DNA of 62,710 nt, filler included, from Phoronis australis (Eukaryota > Animalia > Phoronida), in NCBI GenBank assembly GCA_002633005.1. It is 3 parts of 3 records of this genome, joined end to end, with 100 filler letters (N's around TTAATTAATTAA, not from the genome) between each part and the next. Parts side by side here need not be neighbours in the genome. Positions count along the whole stretch, not along the records: positions 50,594 to 62,710 come from NMRA01001222.1; 2 more parts are not named here. One strand, 5' to 3'. Of the stretch, positions 51,174 through 62,710 are shown in pieces. The stretch's first letter is position 1. Each line of letters starts with the position of its first letter. The notes beneath the pieces are model-generated. The model made no database searches, was not told where the DNA came from, and saw only the letters and a list, made by a program, of their open reading frames with translations. Made by a program: the position numbers and the translations under genes.

Positions 51174-51493
51174 ATTGCTGAGCAGGTCTTGAGCCACAGT
51201 AAATCATGGCCTGTTGAAGTGTCCTGCTCCTTGAACACCTCGGATCACTACCTCCATGTCAACATGGTCAGAAACAATGCATATACAGCAGTCATTAGTC
51301 AAACACTACCACCACCTATTGAGCAGCCTCAGTCACCTGACTGTGTGTCCTTTCAACCACGTTATGGAGAGCATATTGTACTGTTGAACAATGTTGAAGA
51401 GTTCCACCAGTCTAGCTCTGGTCCTGTGTCCTTGTCTTTTGTTAGAGCAGCATTGGTTAAGAATCATCTTCGAAACTTGTTAATTGCCAACAG
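51174..51493 (+). CDS. DALRD3: DALRD3 exon (IAEQVL...LSFVRAALVKNHLRNLLIAN)
   Basis: Acceptor ttacag, donor gtaaga; phase 0 to 2. Confidence 0.8.
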
Positions 51494-54400
51494 GTAAGAC
51501 GTTTTTCTCTAGCAATGGTTTGTAACGAACGGAAGCAACTTTGCAGCACAGACATTACGTTTTAGGCTTTACGTCACTAATGCCAAGTTACAATTAAAAC
51601 AAAATTACTGGTCCTGACTCCCATCAAAGTCTTCCCTACAAATCAGTTGTTGGTTGTGATATGTAGGTAGGGAACTTTTTTATACATGACATCATGCATG
51701 ACTGTATTTTCACAGCTAGAAAGAATCTTCTAGAACTTTTGAAAAGTATGTGTGTGTGTCTGTGTGTCTGTGTGTGTGGGTGCGTGCGTGCGTGTTGCGA
51801 AAAAAGTTACTTTGGCATCTCTAGCGGTAAAAATATGTTGTTGAAACTAAAACGGCAGGTTTTACTTGCGCGATCTATGAATTTTTCATTCTCTATTGGT
51901 AATATTTTTGTAGGTATCATGTCAAGACGGTACACTACAATGTATCAGAAAGTATACAGGAGTTACATGACTATTTTTGTGTTGAGAAAAATGAATCAGC
52001 TGGCCACTGTGGCGTATATGAACGTGTAGTGGAAGATTTAGTGTGCTCTGCGTATAGCGAGGAGAAAGAGAGTAGTGCAAGTCAAGTGGTGGTGGACTTG
52101 GCCAGGTTTATGGATGATCACAATCTAACTCATGGCAAGAAGGGCTACGATCTGAATGTTGAAGAATGCCGTGGTATGAAGATAGCGTCAAATGTTTAAA
52201 GCGTCAAAGATAGTGACTTTTTATTTAGATCAATTTTCACCATAAAACTGATCTTGTCTTGTTCTTTTTTTGAGATGAAAATAAGTTTTTGGGGTTAGAA
52301 TGAACTGACAATTTGTAATGTTATTTCTTGAGACCACGCTCGGCGGACAAAATGTCCCGCTGTTACAAAGTGAAATGTCACGCCATGACAAACGAACTTC
52401 TTGAGCCTCGTCTCGAGCAATAACAAACTGTCAGTTTTTTCCAAGCACAGAAATACCCTCTAAATTCAGAAAAGAACAGGCTGAGAAAAAATTGTAAGGT
52501 AAGTAGTAAGTATTCTAAATCAAAAGGTAAGATTTTACAGACGGCATATTTATGGAAGGTGTAATGGCAAGATATAATATCCAGACGAAAACCACAGTGG
52601 CAGAAAAGCTGGCCATCCGAGTCAAGAGCAATGGAGAATTCCTAAAAACATGATTTTTGGTTTAGTGTTCCTGACACGCACTGTTTGTTGCTGACTATCA
52701 CAGTGAGCACACTCACCAGTTTGTTGCTGACTATCACAGTGAACACACTCACCGGTTTGTTGCTGACTATCACAGTGAGCACACTCACCAGTTTGTTGCT
52801 GACTATCACAGTGAGCACACTCACCAGTTTGCATACAATGCTTTTAATTCGAAACTCAGTGTTATCTTTCAGTGATGAGCTTTTGTGATTTAAATGCTAA
52901 AATGGCTACTAACAGGCTCATCAGAATAGTGCTGCCGTGAAGTTGTGTGGGCATTGATTGAATAAGTTTTGTGTACAGTATTATTCCTTGTGAATAGCCA
53001 GCCATAACAATTGTTTTCTTTGTCAAATGTGCTGTATTTGGTGATCACGGAAGACAATAAAGGAAGTATTGCAATGTATCTTCCTGTTTGTGCCTGTTCA
53101 TGTGTAGCATAGAATTGATGAATACTCCGTAACTGTTGCCTAAATGCTCTTCATTACAGTTGACTTGAGTCTCCCTGATGTCCATTTGTCACAGGTTACG
53201 AAGTTGGAAGCTGTGCTGTCAGAGATGAAAACTATTGGGACAGAGGTATCTTTCTGTTGTATAACTGTTGCAAAATCTTTCACTTATATATTTCTATCAA
53301 AGTGGTGTGCATGAAATTCAGTTAAATGCTTAGATAAATCTATGTGGAATTTTGGACGTTATTTTTTAATTTTTTGCATTTTTGGGTTAAAACACTGTAA
53401 AGTAGTGTGCAAACCGTATTTTTTATACAAGGTGTAAATCCTGTTATAACTGCAGTAAAGTTAGCTGCCAAATGGTATTGCCAAATATATATACTTGTGA
53501 ACCTTCAGAACTCAAACCCAAGTGGTTCAATCATTTTAATGAGATCGGTTAGGACTTGAAGGCAATATAAAGATTAAAGAGCCGGGTTACTTGAAGGATT
53601 TCTGTCTGGATGTAAGTGTTCAATTACCATCAGGTCACATGACTTTGTGATTTAATTTAAGTTTGAATATAATACAGTGTTTCAGTTGCAACATATTTTG
53701 TCGATTACATCCATCATTCTCTATCCACAACAGTGTTCTAGAATTCCATGTGTGTGAAATTGTCTCTTTTCAACTTTTATTGAAGCAGATGGCAAGTGGC
53801 TTTTTCAAAAGTTATTTTGTGCAGACGGTTGGGTTAAAGTACCTAAAGTTTATCTGAATAGCTAAAATAAATTAATGTTTATCACATTGACAAGTTTGCT
53901 TATTGATCGCTGGCATTTCTATTAGCCTATTATTAAATGTAAGACAAGAGAGTTTTCCACTGTTTATCAAGATCGTTATCTTCAGGTAGAGTGTAGTTGC
54001 ATTCATCTCGTCAGTCAGCCACACCAGTTCAACACTCAGCAGGTTGATTTACTCTGGCAAACTGTGTCACCGGCCTCAAGAGGCATTAAGCACACACTGT
54101 GTGTCCTGGGGCCAGTACAGTCAAGAAAGGGCAATGATGAGCTGAAAGTTACCCCAACAGCTCATGAATTTCTCAGGTTAATCAGTAATAGATTAGTACT
54201 CCACATAACTTTTATTAATAAATAGAATCTCAATTTTCTGTGTTTACCAACTCTGTTGTTTTAGATATTCGTATTTTGTGATGTTTAAAAAGTAATCATT
54301 TTACATGTTTGTTTTTGTGCTTATATATATGGCATTTTTATTATTTTAAATTGTTTACACTATTTGTGCGAATATGTCTTTAAACTTATTTATTTTTAAT

Positions 54401-57400
54401 ATTTATTCTTTGATAGTTCAATTGTCAGTAATTTTAGTTGTTTGTTTGTTTGTTGTTGCTTTGCTTTGTAAAGTGTCGCTGGTAACTTCTGATTGAGTGG
54501 CACTGTTTTTTTTTTCAAAAATCCACCAATTAAAAACATTTAGTGATTTCTAATATTTAAACAACAGCAATAATAACACTGATGATATTATTAATAATTC
54601 GTTGGAAGTGTTTAAAGTTTTTGGTTTTTCACAATTCCATGCTTGAGAAATTTCCAGTCTCTGGTATGTAATGTATAATTAGCGGATTTACTTTATTTGT
54701 GACTTGCGCAGCATATGGAGGTTTCGGGATCTATGTTATGACCTGGAGGATCAAAGTAGTTTATTCTTGTCTCATAGGTTAAGAGAGGAACAGATGAAAG
54801 ACATATCTGTGTTGAAGTACGGTGAGCAGGTTAAAGGTAAGCTTGATGTGAAGGTCAAGGTTTAGAGGTGAAAGGTTAGGTGTGGGTCACCATAAAGAGC
54901 TTAATGTTATGTTGGACCTTATTAACACGTCTGCATATTTAGCCAAATATATACAAAATTGAAGATTTTCTCACTGAAAGCACGTATCAACTTTTATACA
55001 GTATTGTGATACTGTGGGTTTTTTATTTTCATTATTCGATATTATAAATTAAAATTTTCACCTTTGTGCGATGTATTGTGCTCCCCCTCTAAATAGAAAA
55101 TCAGGGAGTGTTTACCATAGTTGATTAAAGGCCATATTGTTACATTTACTTGCACAGTGATTGATTATTTTTCACATGTATTTTCATCAGTGACCGAACT
55201 ACATTGATATTAATGAAATTTAAGCTTCAGGTCCCCTACTGTTGTATTATCCATAAATGTAAACCTTAGATCCCCGCCTAAAATATGGCCTCTCAACATT
55301 GTAATCCAAGGGATGGAATTGGGGGTTATTGGTTACAACCGAGGTTGGAATTGGTGCCAACGAGGGCCAGTTTCCTGTTTCAGAACATTAACCAACTGAC
55401 CTGTTCCTGCTCACGAGGAGCCCCTACTGCTGGTTAAGCTTTACGCCTCGCATAATGTAGATCCACCACTTGTATGTCTTGTTTTTCTGCACCATTGCCA
55501 ATAGATGGCGATGTTGTTTGTTTTGCGTCTCCCGCGTTGGAGGTATCCTACCGAGCCTCCTCTGCTTGCTTGACGTTGCTATACACAAGCCTGGCGCTGC
55601 TATACACAAGCCTGGCGCTGGTATACACAAGCCTGGCGCTGGTATACACAAGTCTATTTGCATTAATAAGTTATCTATCCCACTTCTGCTCTTTTAAGTC
55701 ATGCAAAAATGTATTACAAATATCTGAGCTTGTTTGGCTACACAATCTCATTGAATGCCAAACTATTTTCTGCACTCTTAAGTTGAGGAATAACTTGTGG
55801 TGTTGCCGTGTATTGCTATATAGTGTTTATCTCCTTGCTCTATACATATCTGTTGAAAGGACCACTGTGGGACTCAACCATCAAAGCCATGGCCCAAGCT
55901 ACTGTTGTCTTCGACTTCATCACAACGGTGCCGAATAACCCAGTAAGACAGTTAATGCTCAGTTCATTGAAAATTCATTGATTCCAAATAGCTTGCATGA
56001 CTGCAGCTACGTAACAGTTTTCAGTGACAAATTTTAGTTCCTGGAGATTCATTAGGTTGAGTGCTGAGAAGAAAACCAGGAAAAATGACACCAAATGATT
56101 CTGAAATTAGCTGAAAATTTCTGCTTTGAAATTTGGTGTTTTCCGACAAGAAGAAATTTGAAACTTTGATATGATTGACTGCATGCTTGCTTGTGGTAGA
56201 CTGCATTTTGAATTGAAATATTGTAAATAAAATAAATTTAATCTCATGACTAAGGTTGAAAGGATATGCAGCCATGCTTTAAGAAGTATGGTCTCTCTTA
56301 CTCTGAAAATATTTTGTTTATATGTGTACCGTAAGTTGTGCTGAATATGTGCTCAGTGGACGTATACTGAATAAAAAATTGTCGTTGGGCAGCAATCCAA
56401 GAAGTTTTCCAAGCTTGGAAAAAAATAACTGGCCCAAGAAGCTTGTTCAAGATTTTTGACTAGGGTGAGGGCTATTATTATTGTTGTTATTATTATTATC
56501 ATTATCATTATCACTATTATCATCATCATTATTATTATTATTGTTATTATTATTATAGCTTTTTGATCAAAACATTCAATCTGAATTTTCACTGTTCTCA
56601 ATTTATATTTAATGAAATACAATAATTTTTTTTTCAATTTTGGTGAATTGAAAAAGGAAAATAATTCATTAATGAGAACTGTTTTGACAGGTAAAGCTTG
56701 AGGTGGATGCAGTGCCCAGCAAAGGGGGCGCATTTGTCATGTACAACTACGCACGGCTATCCACCATGTTTCAACGCTATGATGAGTCTGTCAGAGATGG
56801 TTGAGTATTTAAAATAATTGATGAAGTTAAAATGCACTTGAGAAATTGACAGTGACAAACGGAACAAAATATGCACTAAGCAAGAGCAATGTTTTTAATA
56901 TTCTGGTAATATCAAGATTTTATTCATGCCATACCAAACCAATTCTAAGGAATTGATCATAGATTTTAATAAAATACCATATCAGAGAAAATCGTAATTT
57001 TGTTGTTCCTGTCATATTTTCCAGCTGCAGTATTGTTCTTAACATTTGTGATATCGTACAAAGCAGCAATACTTTTTGTGTTCAGATTGAAAACTGGCTT
57101 CCTCAAATCACTTCCAGGTGGCGCCAGAGTGGTAACATTTGTAGAACAGGGACCTGTTCCAAGAAACCAACTTATAAGTTCATTTTTGACTTAGGTCTAA
57201 GATTTGTCTCAACCTCCAAACTTAATCTTCCACATCTGTTATGTTATATCAAATTTAAGACAAAATTTAAGCCAAAAACTTATTGTATAAACTTAAGATC
57301 ATTTTCTCGAAACAGACTTAAAACAAATTTAAGTTTTATCTTAAAATTGACCTTAGTTTAAGATTTGTCTTAGCTAAGTCAGTTTTCTTGGAACGGGCCC

Positions 57401-60400
57401 CAAGTCTATTTACACAGACCTCTAGCCTGAAAATGGCCTTCATAATGACAGACCAAAATGTTGTATCTATTATACTTTACAAACAATTACAAAAACAAAC
57501 AAACAAATAAGTACACCATTCATTCACGCATGCACACCTCAGGAAGACCATTCTCATATCTCGTTTAAAGTAAATATCTTCTACATGAACTTAACATGAA
57601 CAATAAATTTTTCCCATTTTGCAGAGAAGCTGTCATGTACAAAGTTGTTATGTGCATTTAATTTTTCAGCATTATAGTATTCATAAGTTTTTGTAACGAA
57701 CTTGAGAAAATTAGGTATATTTTTGTGACATCTCTCTTTGTAAATGTACTGTTTAGCTAGTAGAAGTAAAATGTTAAATAGGAAATCTTGCGTCTTGTAN
57801 NNNNNNNNNNNNNNNNNNNNNNNNNNNNNNNNNNNNNNNNNNNNNNNNNNNNNNNNNNNNNNNNNNNNNNNNNNNNNNNNNNNNNNNNNNNNNNNNNNNN
57901 NNNNNNNNNNNNNNNNNNNNNNNNNNNNNNNNNNNNNNNNNNNNNNNNNNNNNNNNNNNNNNNNNNNNNNNNNNNNNNNNNNNNNNNNNNNNNNNNNNNN
58001 NNNNNNNNNNNNNNNNNNNNNNNNNNNNNNNNNNNNNNNNNNNNNNNNNNNNNNNNNNNNNNNNNNNNNNNNNNNNNNNNNNNNNNNNNNNNNTTGGTCT
58101 TGATTGATTACTGGTTGGTCTTGATTGATTACTGGTTGGTCTTGATTGATTACTGGTTGGTCTTGATTGATTACTGATTGGTCTTGATTGATTACTGGTT
58201 GGTCTTGATTGATTACTGGTTGGTCTTGATTGATTACTGGTTGGTCTTGATTGATTACTGGTTGGTCTTGATTGATTACTGGTTGGTCTTGATTGATTAC
58301 TGGTTGGTCTTGATTGATTACTGGTTGGTCTTGATTGATTACTGGTTGGTCTTGATTGATTACTGGTTGGTCTTGATTGATTACTGGTTGGTCTTGATTG
58401 ATTACTGGTTGGTCTTGATTGATTACTGGTTGGTCTTGATTGATTACTGGTTGGTCTTGATTGATTACTGGTTGGTCTTGATTGATTACTGGTTGGTCTT
58501 GATTGATTACTGGTTGGTCTTGATTGATTACTGGTTGGTCTTGATTGATTACTGGTTGGTCTTGATTGATTACTGGTTGGTCTTGATTGATTACTGGTTG
58601 GTCTTGATTGATTAGGTAATTGTCAACATTAACCTTTGTGGATTTTTTGTATAAAAGTTTATTATTCGCATATCGTGTGAAATAGGATTTATGTGTTTCA
58701 TTGTTGCTTATTACATTTGTTTTATTAATTTATTTATATGCCAAGTATGTAAATTTTTCGAGACATCAGTGATAAATACTCTCTTCAATAATATGTACAA
58801 TTTAATTGAATGTTGAACAGAGTGGAAGTACTATTCAATTGGTATTTTGTCTTGACTATGATCATGTTGCTTACCTGTCGATTCCTCTTGGCGTGCCCTG
58901 TATGTGCTCACTCTTGGGTGACTCAAGTTATATATGGTAACGATATTTGTAGATGGAATGGCACCTTCTCCTCAGCTATGTCTACACTTTCCCACTGTTA
59001 GTTAGAGATCTCGCTGCAGACCTGGCCGAGGATGCAATATTTGTCAAACTACCAACTCACCAGGTTTGTATTATTGTATTATTTGTGTCGATGAGCTGAG
59101 AATTCATTAGGTGACGCTAGTGAAACAGTTTTGCCTGCTGAAATGCATGCATTGGACCACGCTTTCTTGCTCATAAACAATTATCAGTTCTCAGTCTATT
59201 CAGATGATTAAAGAAAATGTCATCATTAGCGCCACCTAGGGAATATATAAGTTGCTCCTTGGAGTTTCTTTTTTATTTGCTCAGTGCCATTGGCTGTTTT
59301 ACGCTTAGTAAATTGTGAAAGTGTGTAACGGGAGAAATCTACGAATGCATTACAAACACTTTGTGTTGTGTGAGTTTACCAAAGGAGATGTTTTCAAAAT
59401 CCTAAGCGTTATGGGCAATATTTTGTCCAGTATCTACACTGACACAGAGGCCACGCTTCACAGAGTTACTACTAAAGTCATTGCTAATGCGACAATTGCT
59501 CTGCTCCACACAAAAGGAACTAAATCAGTGTTCCTGATATTGGAGGCAGTCGGCACTGTGGGTTCTTGGACTTTTTTGTACTGTGCCTGTCTACTGGGTA
59601 ATAACAATTATTTTTTTTACTTATTATGTCGCTTTCATAGAAAGACGTGTTGAATAATTTGTTTCCTAGAAACCAATCTACATGTCCGTTGTGTGATGTC
59701 TTGTTCTTTAAATTAGCAAAGATTATTTCATTTTGTCCATAAAAAGGTCTATGCTTACATCACACCCTTTAAAGTACTGTCTCAGGATATTTTTCATGAA
59801 AACGCAAAAAATGTATTGTCTTATTAAAAGTTTGCTGTGCCAAGATCACTTGGCTTTTGTTGAGAGGGCAAATAGTGACGTTTGCCATGAATTTGTTGGC
59901 AGGGTGTTTATTTTTCATTATGTAAATCGAGCAGATCAAAACAATTCTATTGTTGGCTGCTTCACACGCATCAATTATTCGTTCTTTTCATTTTTTTAAT
60001 TTGATCGTGTTCACCTGTAAAATGTAAATCTTATTTTCAGGTGTGCAATTTTCTCTGTAATCTTAGTAGGGACCTCAGCTCCTACTATAACAGGGTCCAT
60101 GTTCTAGGGGTGAGTGACAAGTCTTTATGTGGTTGCTTCAGATATCTGCTTGTCTTCTTTGTTGTGAAGCAGTAAATTTATGGTCTTAATGCTGGTGGTG
60201 GTTGTATCACTTGTACATTGAACACTGTTTTAGACATTACCAAGCAATGTATTAAGTTTTTCTGTTCATGACTTGGAGCATGTTTTTGTTATCACTTGTC
60301 ACAAGCTTATTTACGGAACTTTGTGATTAGAATAAAATCTTGAAATGACAAATTGTTTGAATTTCCCCAAGGAAGCTTGATTGTCACATCTAGTTCATAT

Positions 60401-60763
60401 TATGGTATGTATCACACTTTCTAAGGAAGAATTGTTTCATTGGTAAATAACATTAGCTTTATTTGGATCTGTGTCCCTCATCTTGAGATCCTCTGCTGCG
60501 TGACATCATCCAAAATTAAACCGAGGCATTAACCTTTCAATTCAACAACCTTAGTGTCATGCAGAAATGTTACACCTACTAGGTTGTATATTGTTCGCTT
60601 TAGTGAAGTATAGTATTGCTAAATGTCCATTTGCTGTTTACAGGAACCTAAAGCTCATTTGTTCCCTCTGATGTTTGCAAGACTGTACTTGTTAAAGAGT
60701 GTTCAAAAGGTGATGAGGCAAGGACTCCAACTGCTAGGACTGACACCTCTGGAGCAAGTGTGA
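51174..60763 (+). CDS. DALRD3: DALR anticodon-binding domain-containing protein 3 (spliced gene model, 5'-incomplete)
   Basis: Ten AG/GT-bounded exons whose phases chain except for one junction. Peptides match recalled human DALRD3 motifs: GYDPNL, QQKLDLLW, GPV, FVMYNCARL, EWLLL, FSSYYNRVHILG, HLFGQMFVRL, LLGLPPL. Confidence 0.88.
51914..52173 (+). CDS. DALRD3: DALRD3 exon (YHVKTV...KKGYDLNVEECR)
   Basis: Acceptor ttgtag, donor gtatga; open frame, phase 2 to 1. Confidence 0.82.
52684..52830. repeat. 36-bp intronic minisatellite, 4 copies
   Basis: Unit TTTGTTGCTGACTATCACAGTGAGCACACTCACCAG. Confidence 0.95.
53160..53245 (+). CDS. DALRD3: DALRD3 exon (VDLSLPDVHLSQVTKLEAVLSEMKTIGTE)
   Basis: Acceptor ttacag, donor gtatct; phase 1 to 0 bridges its neighbours. 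Confidence 0.7.
53986..54176 (+). CDS. DALRD3: DALRD3 exon (VECSCIHLVS...QQVDLLWQ...GPV...TAHEFL)
   Basis: Acceptor cttcag, donor gttaat; phase 0 to 2. Confidence 0.87.
54778..54836 (+). CDS. DALRD3: DALRD3 exon (LREEQMKDISVLKYGEQVK)
   Basis: Acceptor tcatag, donor gtaagc; phase 2 to 1. Confidence 0.87.
55579..55652. repeat. 21-bp intronic tandem repeat, about 3.5 copies
   Basis: Unit (C/G)TATACACAAGCCTGGCGCTG. Confidence 0.9.
55860..55942 (+). CDS. DALRD3: DALRD3 exon (GPLWDSTIKAMAQATVVFDFITTVPNNP)
   Basis: Acceptor tgaaag, donor gtaaga; phase 1 to 0. Confidence 0.82.
56473..56556. repeat. (ATT/ATC)n microsatellite
   Basis: Trinucleotide run seen directly. Confidence 0.9.
56691..56799 (+). 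CDS. DALRD3: DALRD3 exon (VKLEV...GAFVMYNYARLSTMF), start of DALR domain
   Basis: Acceptor tgacag, donor gttgag; YxxARL motif. Confidence 0.9.
57150..57400. mobile_element. Harbinger-like MITE in a DALRD3 intron
   Basis: TIRs GGACCTGTTCCAAGAAA / TTTCTTGGAACGGGCCC; flanks CAG/CAA. Confidence 0.65.
58094..58613. repeat. 21-bp minisatellite, about 25 near-identical copies, next to the gap at 57800-58093
   Basis: Unit TTGGTCTTGATTGATTACTGG. Confidence 0.97.
58953..59063 (+). CDS. DALRD3: DALRD3 exon (MEWHLLLSYVYTFP...KLPTHQ)
   Basis: Acceptor ttgtag, donor gtttgt; 37 codons, phase 0 to 0. Confidence 0.87.
60041..60109 (+). CDS. DALRD3: DALRD3 exon (VCNFLCNLSRDLSSYYNRVHVLG)
   Basis: Acceptor tttcag, donor gtgagt; hallmark SSYYNRVH.LG. 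Confidence 0.92.
60644..60763 (+). CDS. DALRD3: DALRD3 last coding exon (EPKAHLFPLMFARLYLL...LLGLTPLEQV*)
   Basis: Acceptor ttacag; TGA at 60761-60763. Confidence 0.92.
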   Translation, partial: EPKAHLFPLMFARLYLLKSVQKVMRQGLQLLGLTPLEQV

Positions 60764-61497
60764 ATGGGTCACCATGTAATGTTACTGCTGTGAGTGACAC
60801 CTATGGTACAAAACGGTGTGAATGGGGCACCATCCAGTGTTGCTGCTGTGGGAGATACTACTCGCAAGTGTGAATGGGGCACCATCTTGTGTTACTGATC
60901 CAACAGATGTGATTAGTTGGACATCACCAAGAGCTCCTGCTGGAACCGAAACCATAGAACATGTGCTAGGACTGAGTCAGCTGTGCTATACAAAGGTCAA
61001 GGTTGTTCATGTGCATGTGCATGTGCAACTGAAGTGTGGTCTGGTTTGACACCACTGGAGTGAGTGTGAACAGGGTGATGTTTAGTGTACAGTTGCTGTT
61101 TAAGGTGACGGCTCTCTGAGAATTGGGGATTGCACACCACCCAGTGATACTTACATGACTGAATGAAGTGTGAAAGCGTCACTACCCAACTGGAGCACTC
61201 ATATTGACACCTGGTGGTGCAGCTGGGACTGATGACTAGAAAACAAAATAATGCGAATGGGGCTTTATCACTTTATAGTAATTGAATTAGATTTTCACTG
61301 ATTTACAACTCTTGGTAATGGAGGCTTTGTTACTTTAAGTTATGTATCAGGCACTTGTCTGTACTGTATGTCCTTGTGCTGCAGTACTGAACTTTATTGT
61401 CTTTTATTAGTTATTTAAGCACAAAATTGTTTTGTCACAATCTCTTTTTGGGTTGGTTGTATGGACTGTTATAGATCCACGTGAGCTGTATCTGTTA

Positions 61498-61725
61498 GGC
61501 CAAAAAAAGCAAAGTTGGTTCTGGTCTTTATCCAACTCATTGAAATAACACTTGCTCTAATGAAATGCCATGATTTGCCAAGGGATTATATAAAAAGGCA
61601 AATCCTGCATAAATTTCGCTGGTCTGGTGAATTTTTGTTTTTGAAAAGGTGAGCAAATAAAAATGCGTCACCACTGAGTATATTTTCAAAAAACCACACA
61701 CTGGAACCTGTCTTGTTTTTTGGCC
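61498..61725. mobile_element. Zator-like MITE
   Basis: GGCCAAAAAA ... TTTTTTGGCC termini; flanks TTA/TCA. Confidence 0.5.
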
Positions 61726-62439
61726 TCACCTTTGTGACTTGAATTGCTCCACTTTTCAGCAAACTATTTGTCTAACATTAAAATTGGGTGTTAGTTTAAA
61801 GAGTTCCCACCATGACTGCATGTCTCGAGAAGAATTTTATTAATACATCTTAAGAGATTTAATAGTCTTTAGTATACCTGATGCTAATAAACAAGCCAAA
61901 AATTTTTTTAAAATATTTTTTTGTTGTCAAGTTGTACGCAATAGGTGGAAGACCGTCTCCGCTATCGTTGTTTTTACCAATGTGATACTGGGGAGTTGTG
62001 AGGAAAGTCCGCGGAGAGCCGCTTTTTTCAGACATGAAAAGGTGCATTTCTGGAGGCTGAGAACGTCTCTGTGCTCAAATTTCCTAAATACATGAAAATT
62101 GCATCGGTTTGTTCACTGCACGAGATTATTGTCAGTGTGAAACATGCGATTCAGTCAGGAGCCACACTTTGATCGGCACATTTCAAGGAATCGTGTTTTG
62201 ACCAAACACAAAAGCAGTATTATGATTAAGGACTCGCCACCTTAGTGTATTTGCAATTTTATAAATAAAAAGCAAACTGCTTCCATTCTAAAGTGAGTGA
62301 GGCCAGGCCCTTGACTCGACCCACATCGGGTGCCACGACACGTGGGCTTATGCATTGTGTTTAGACCGGGCCCATTCCATAATGGCAGTAGTGAATACGT
62401 GTGACCCAAGTTTACTGTGCTCTTTGTCAGTGATTATTA

Positions 62440-62710
62440 ATTTTCTTTACTTGGCGGAATTCTTATGCCAAGTATTTTGGTCTGACAGCAAGTTTTTTTT
62501 TTTTTTTGTTTGTTCGCTCTCTACAGGTCGCAATTTTTGTCCGATTTCCACGAAATTTGCACACAACGTGTAGATCGGGAACTGCTAGAACGCTATTGTT
62601 TTTGGTCATGATCGGATACAAAATGGCGGACGTGGTGGCCATTTTGTATCCGATTTCACAGTCAAATACTCGTAGAGGCCGCATTTTTCGACCTACATGG
62701 CTGAAAATCG
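62440..62710 (+). mobile_element. Helentron-associated (HINE/DINE-like) element 5' end, continuing beyond the window
   Basis: T-rich start, short hairpin TACTTGGC...GCCAAGTA, T/GTTT tract, then internal subrepeats (GGTCGCAATTTTT / GGCCGCATTTTT). Confidence 0.5.

Noticed and set aside
58178-58615. (LVLIDYW)n ORF; also the QQQTGECAHCDS repeat ORF at 52622-52834
   Set aside because: Translations of intronic minisatellites, not in the DALRD3 exon chain.

Overview
AT-rich, repeat-dense animal (probably marine invertebrate) genomic scaffold with four assembly gaps. The only host gene I can support is a spliced DALRD3-like gene on the + strand. It has ten exons between 51174 and 60763; the first exon and one short internal exon are not visible. 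The rest is layered transposable elements and tandem repeats: two Penelope-like fragments (one with an inverted 3' duplication, a 13-bp TSD and hammerhead-like motifs), RTE-X, Tx1/L1 and Gypsy remnants, several Kolobok/THAP ends, Harbinger, hAT and Zator-like MITEs, an Academ element nested in an unclassified TIR element with a 10-bp TSD, and a Sola3 element inserted into a ~197-bp satellite. That satellite flips orientation, has a ~7-mer higher-order repeat and carries TA>TACATGTA footprints. I found no clearly new protein-coding system. The best leads are non-coding: three 34-bp palindromes with a compensatory change next to a same-orientation array of CTCF-like motifs (14317-15336), window-wide TACATGTA enrichment with direct footprint evidence, and the unclassified 10-bp-TSD element. 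Family names come from recalled motifs and termini rules, not database searches.
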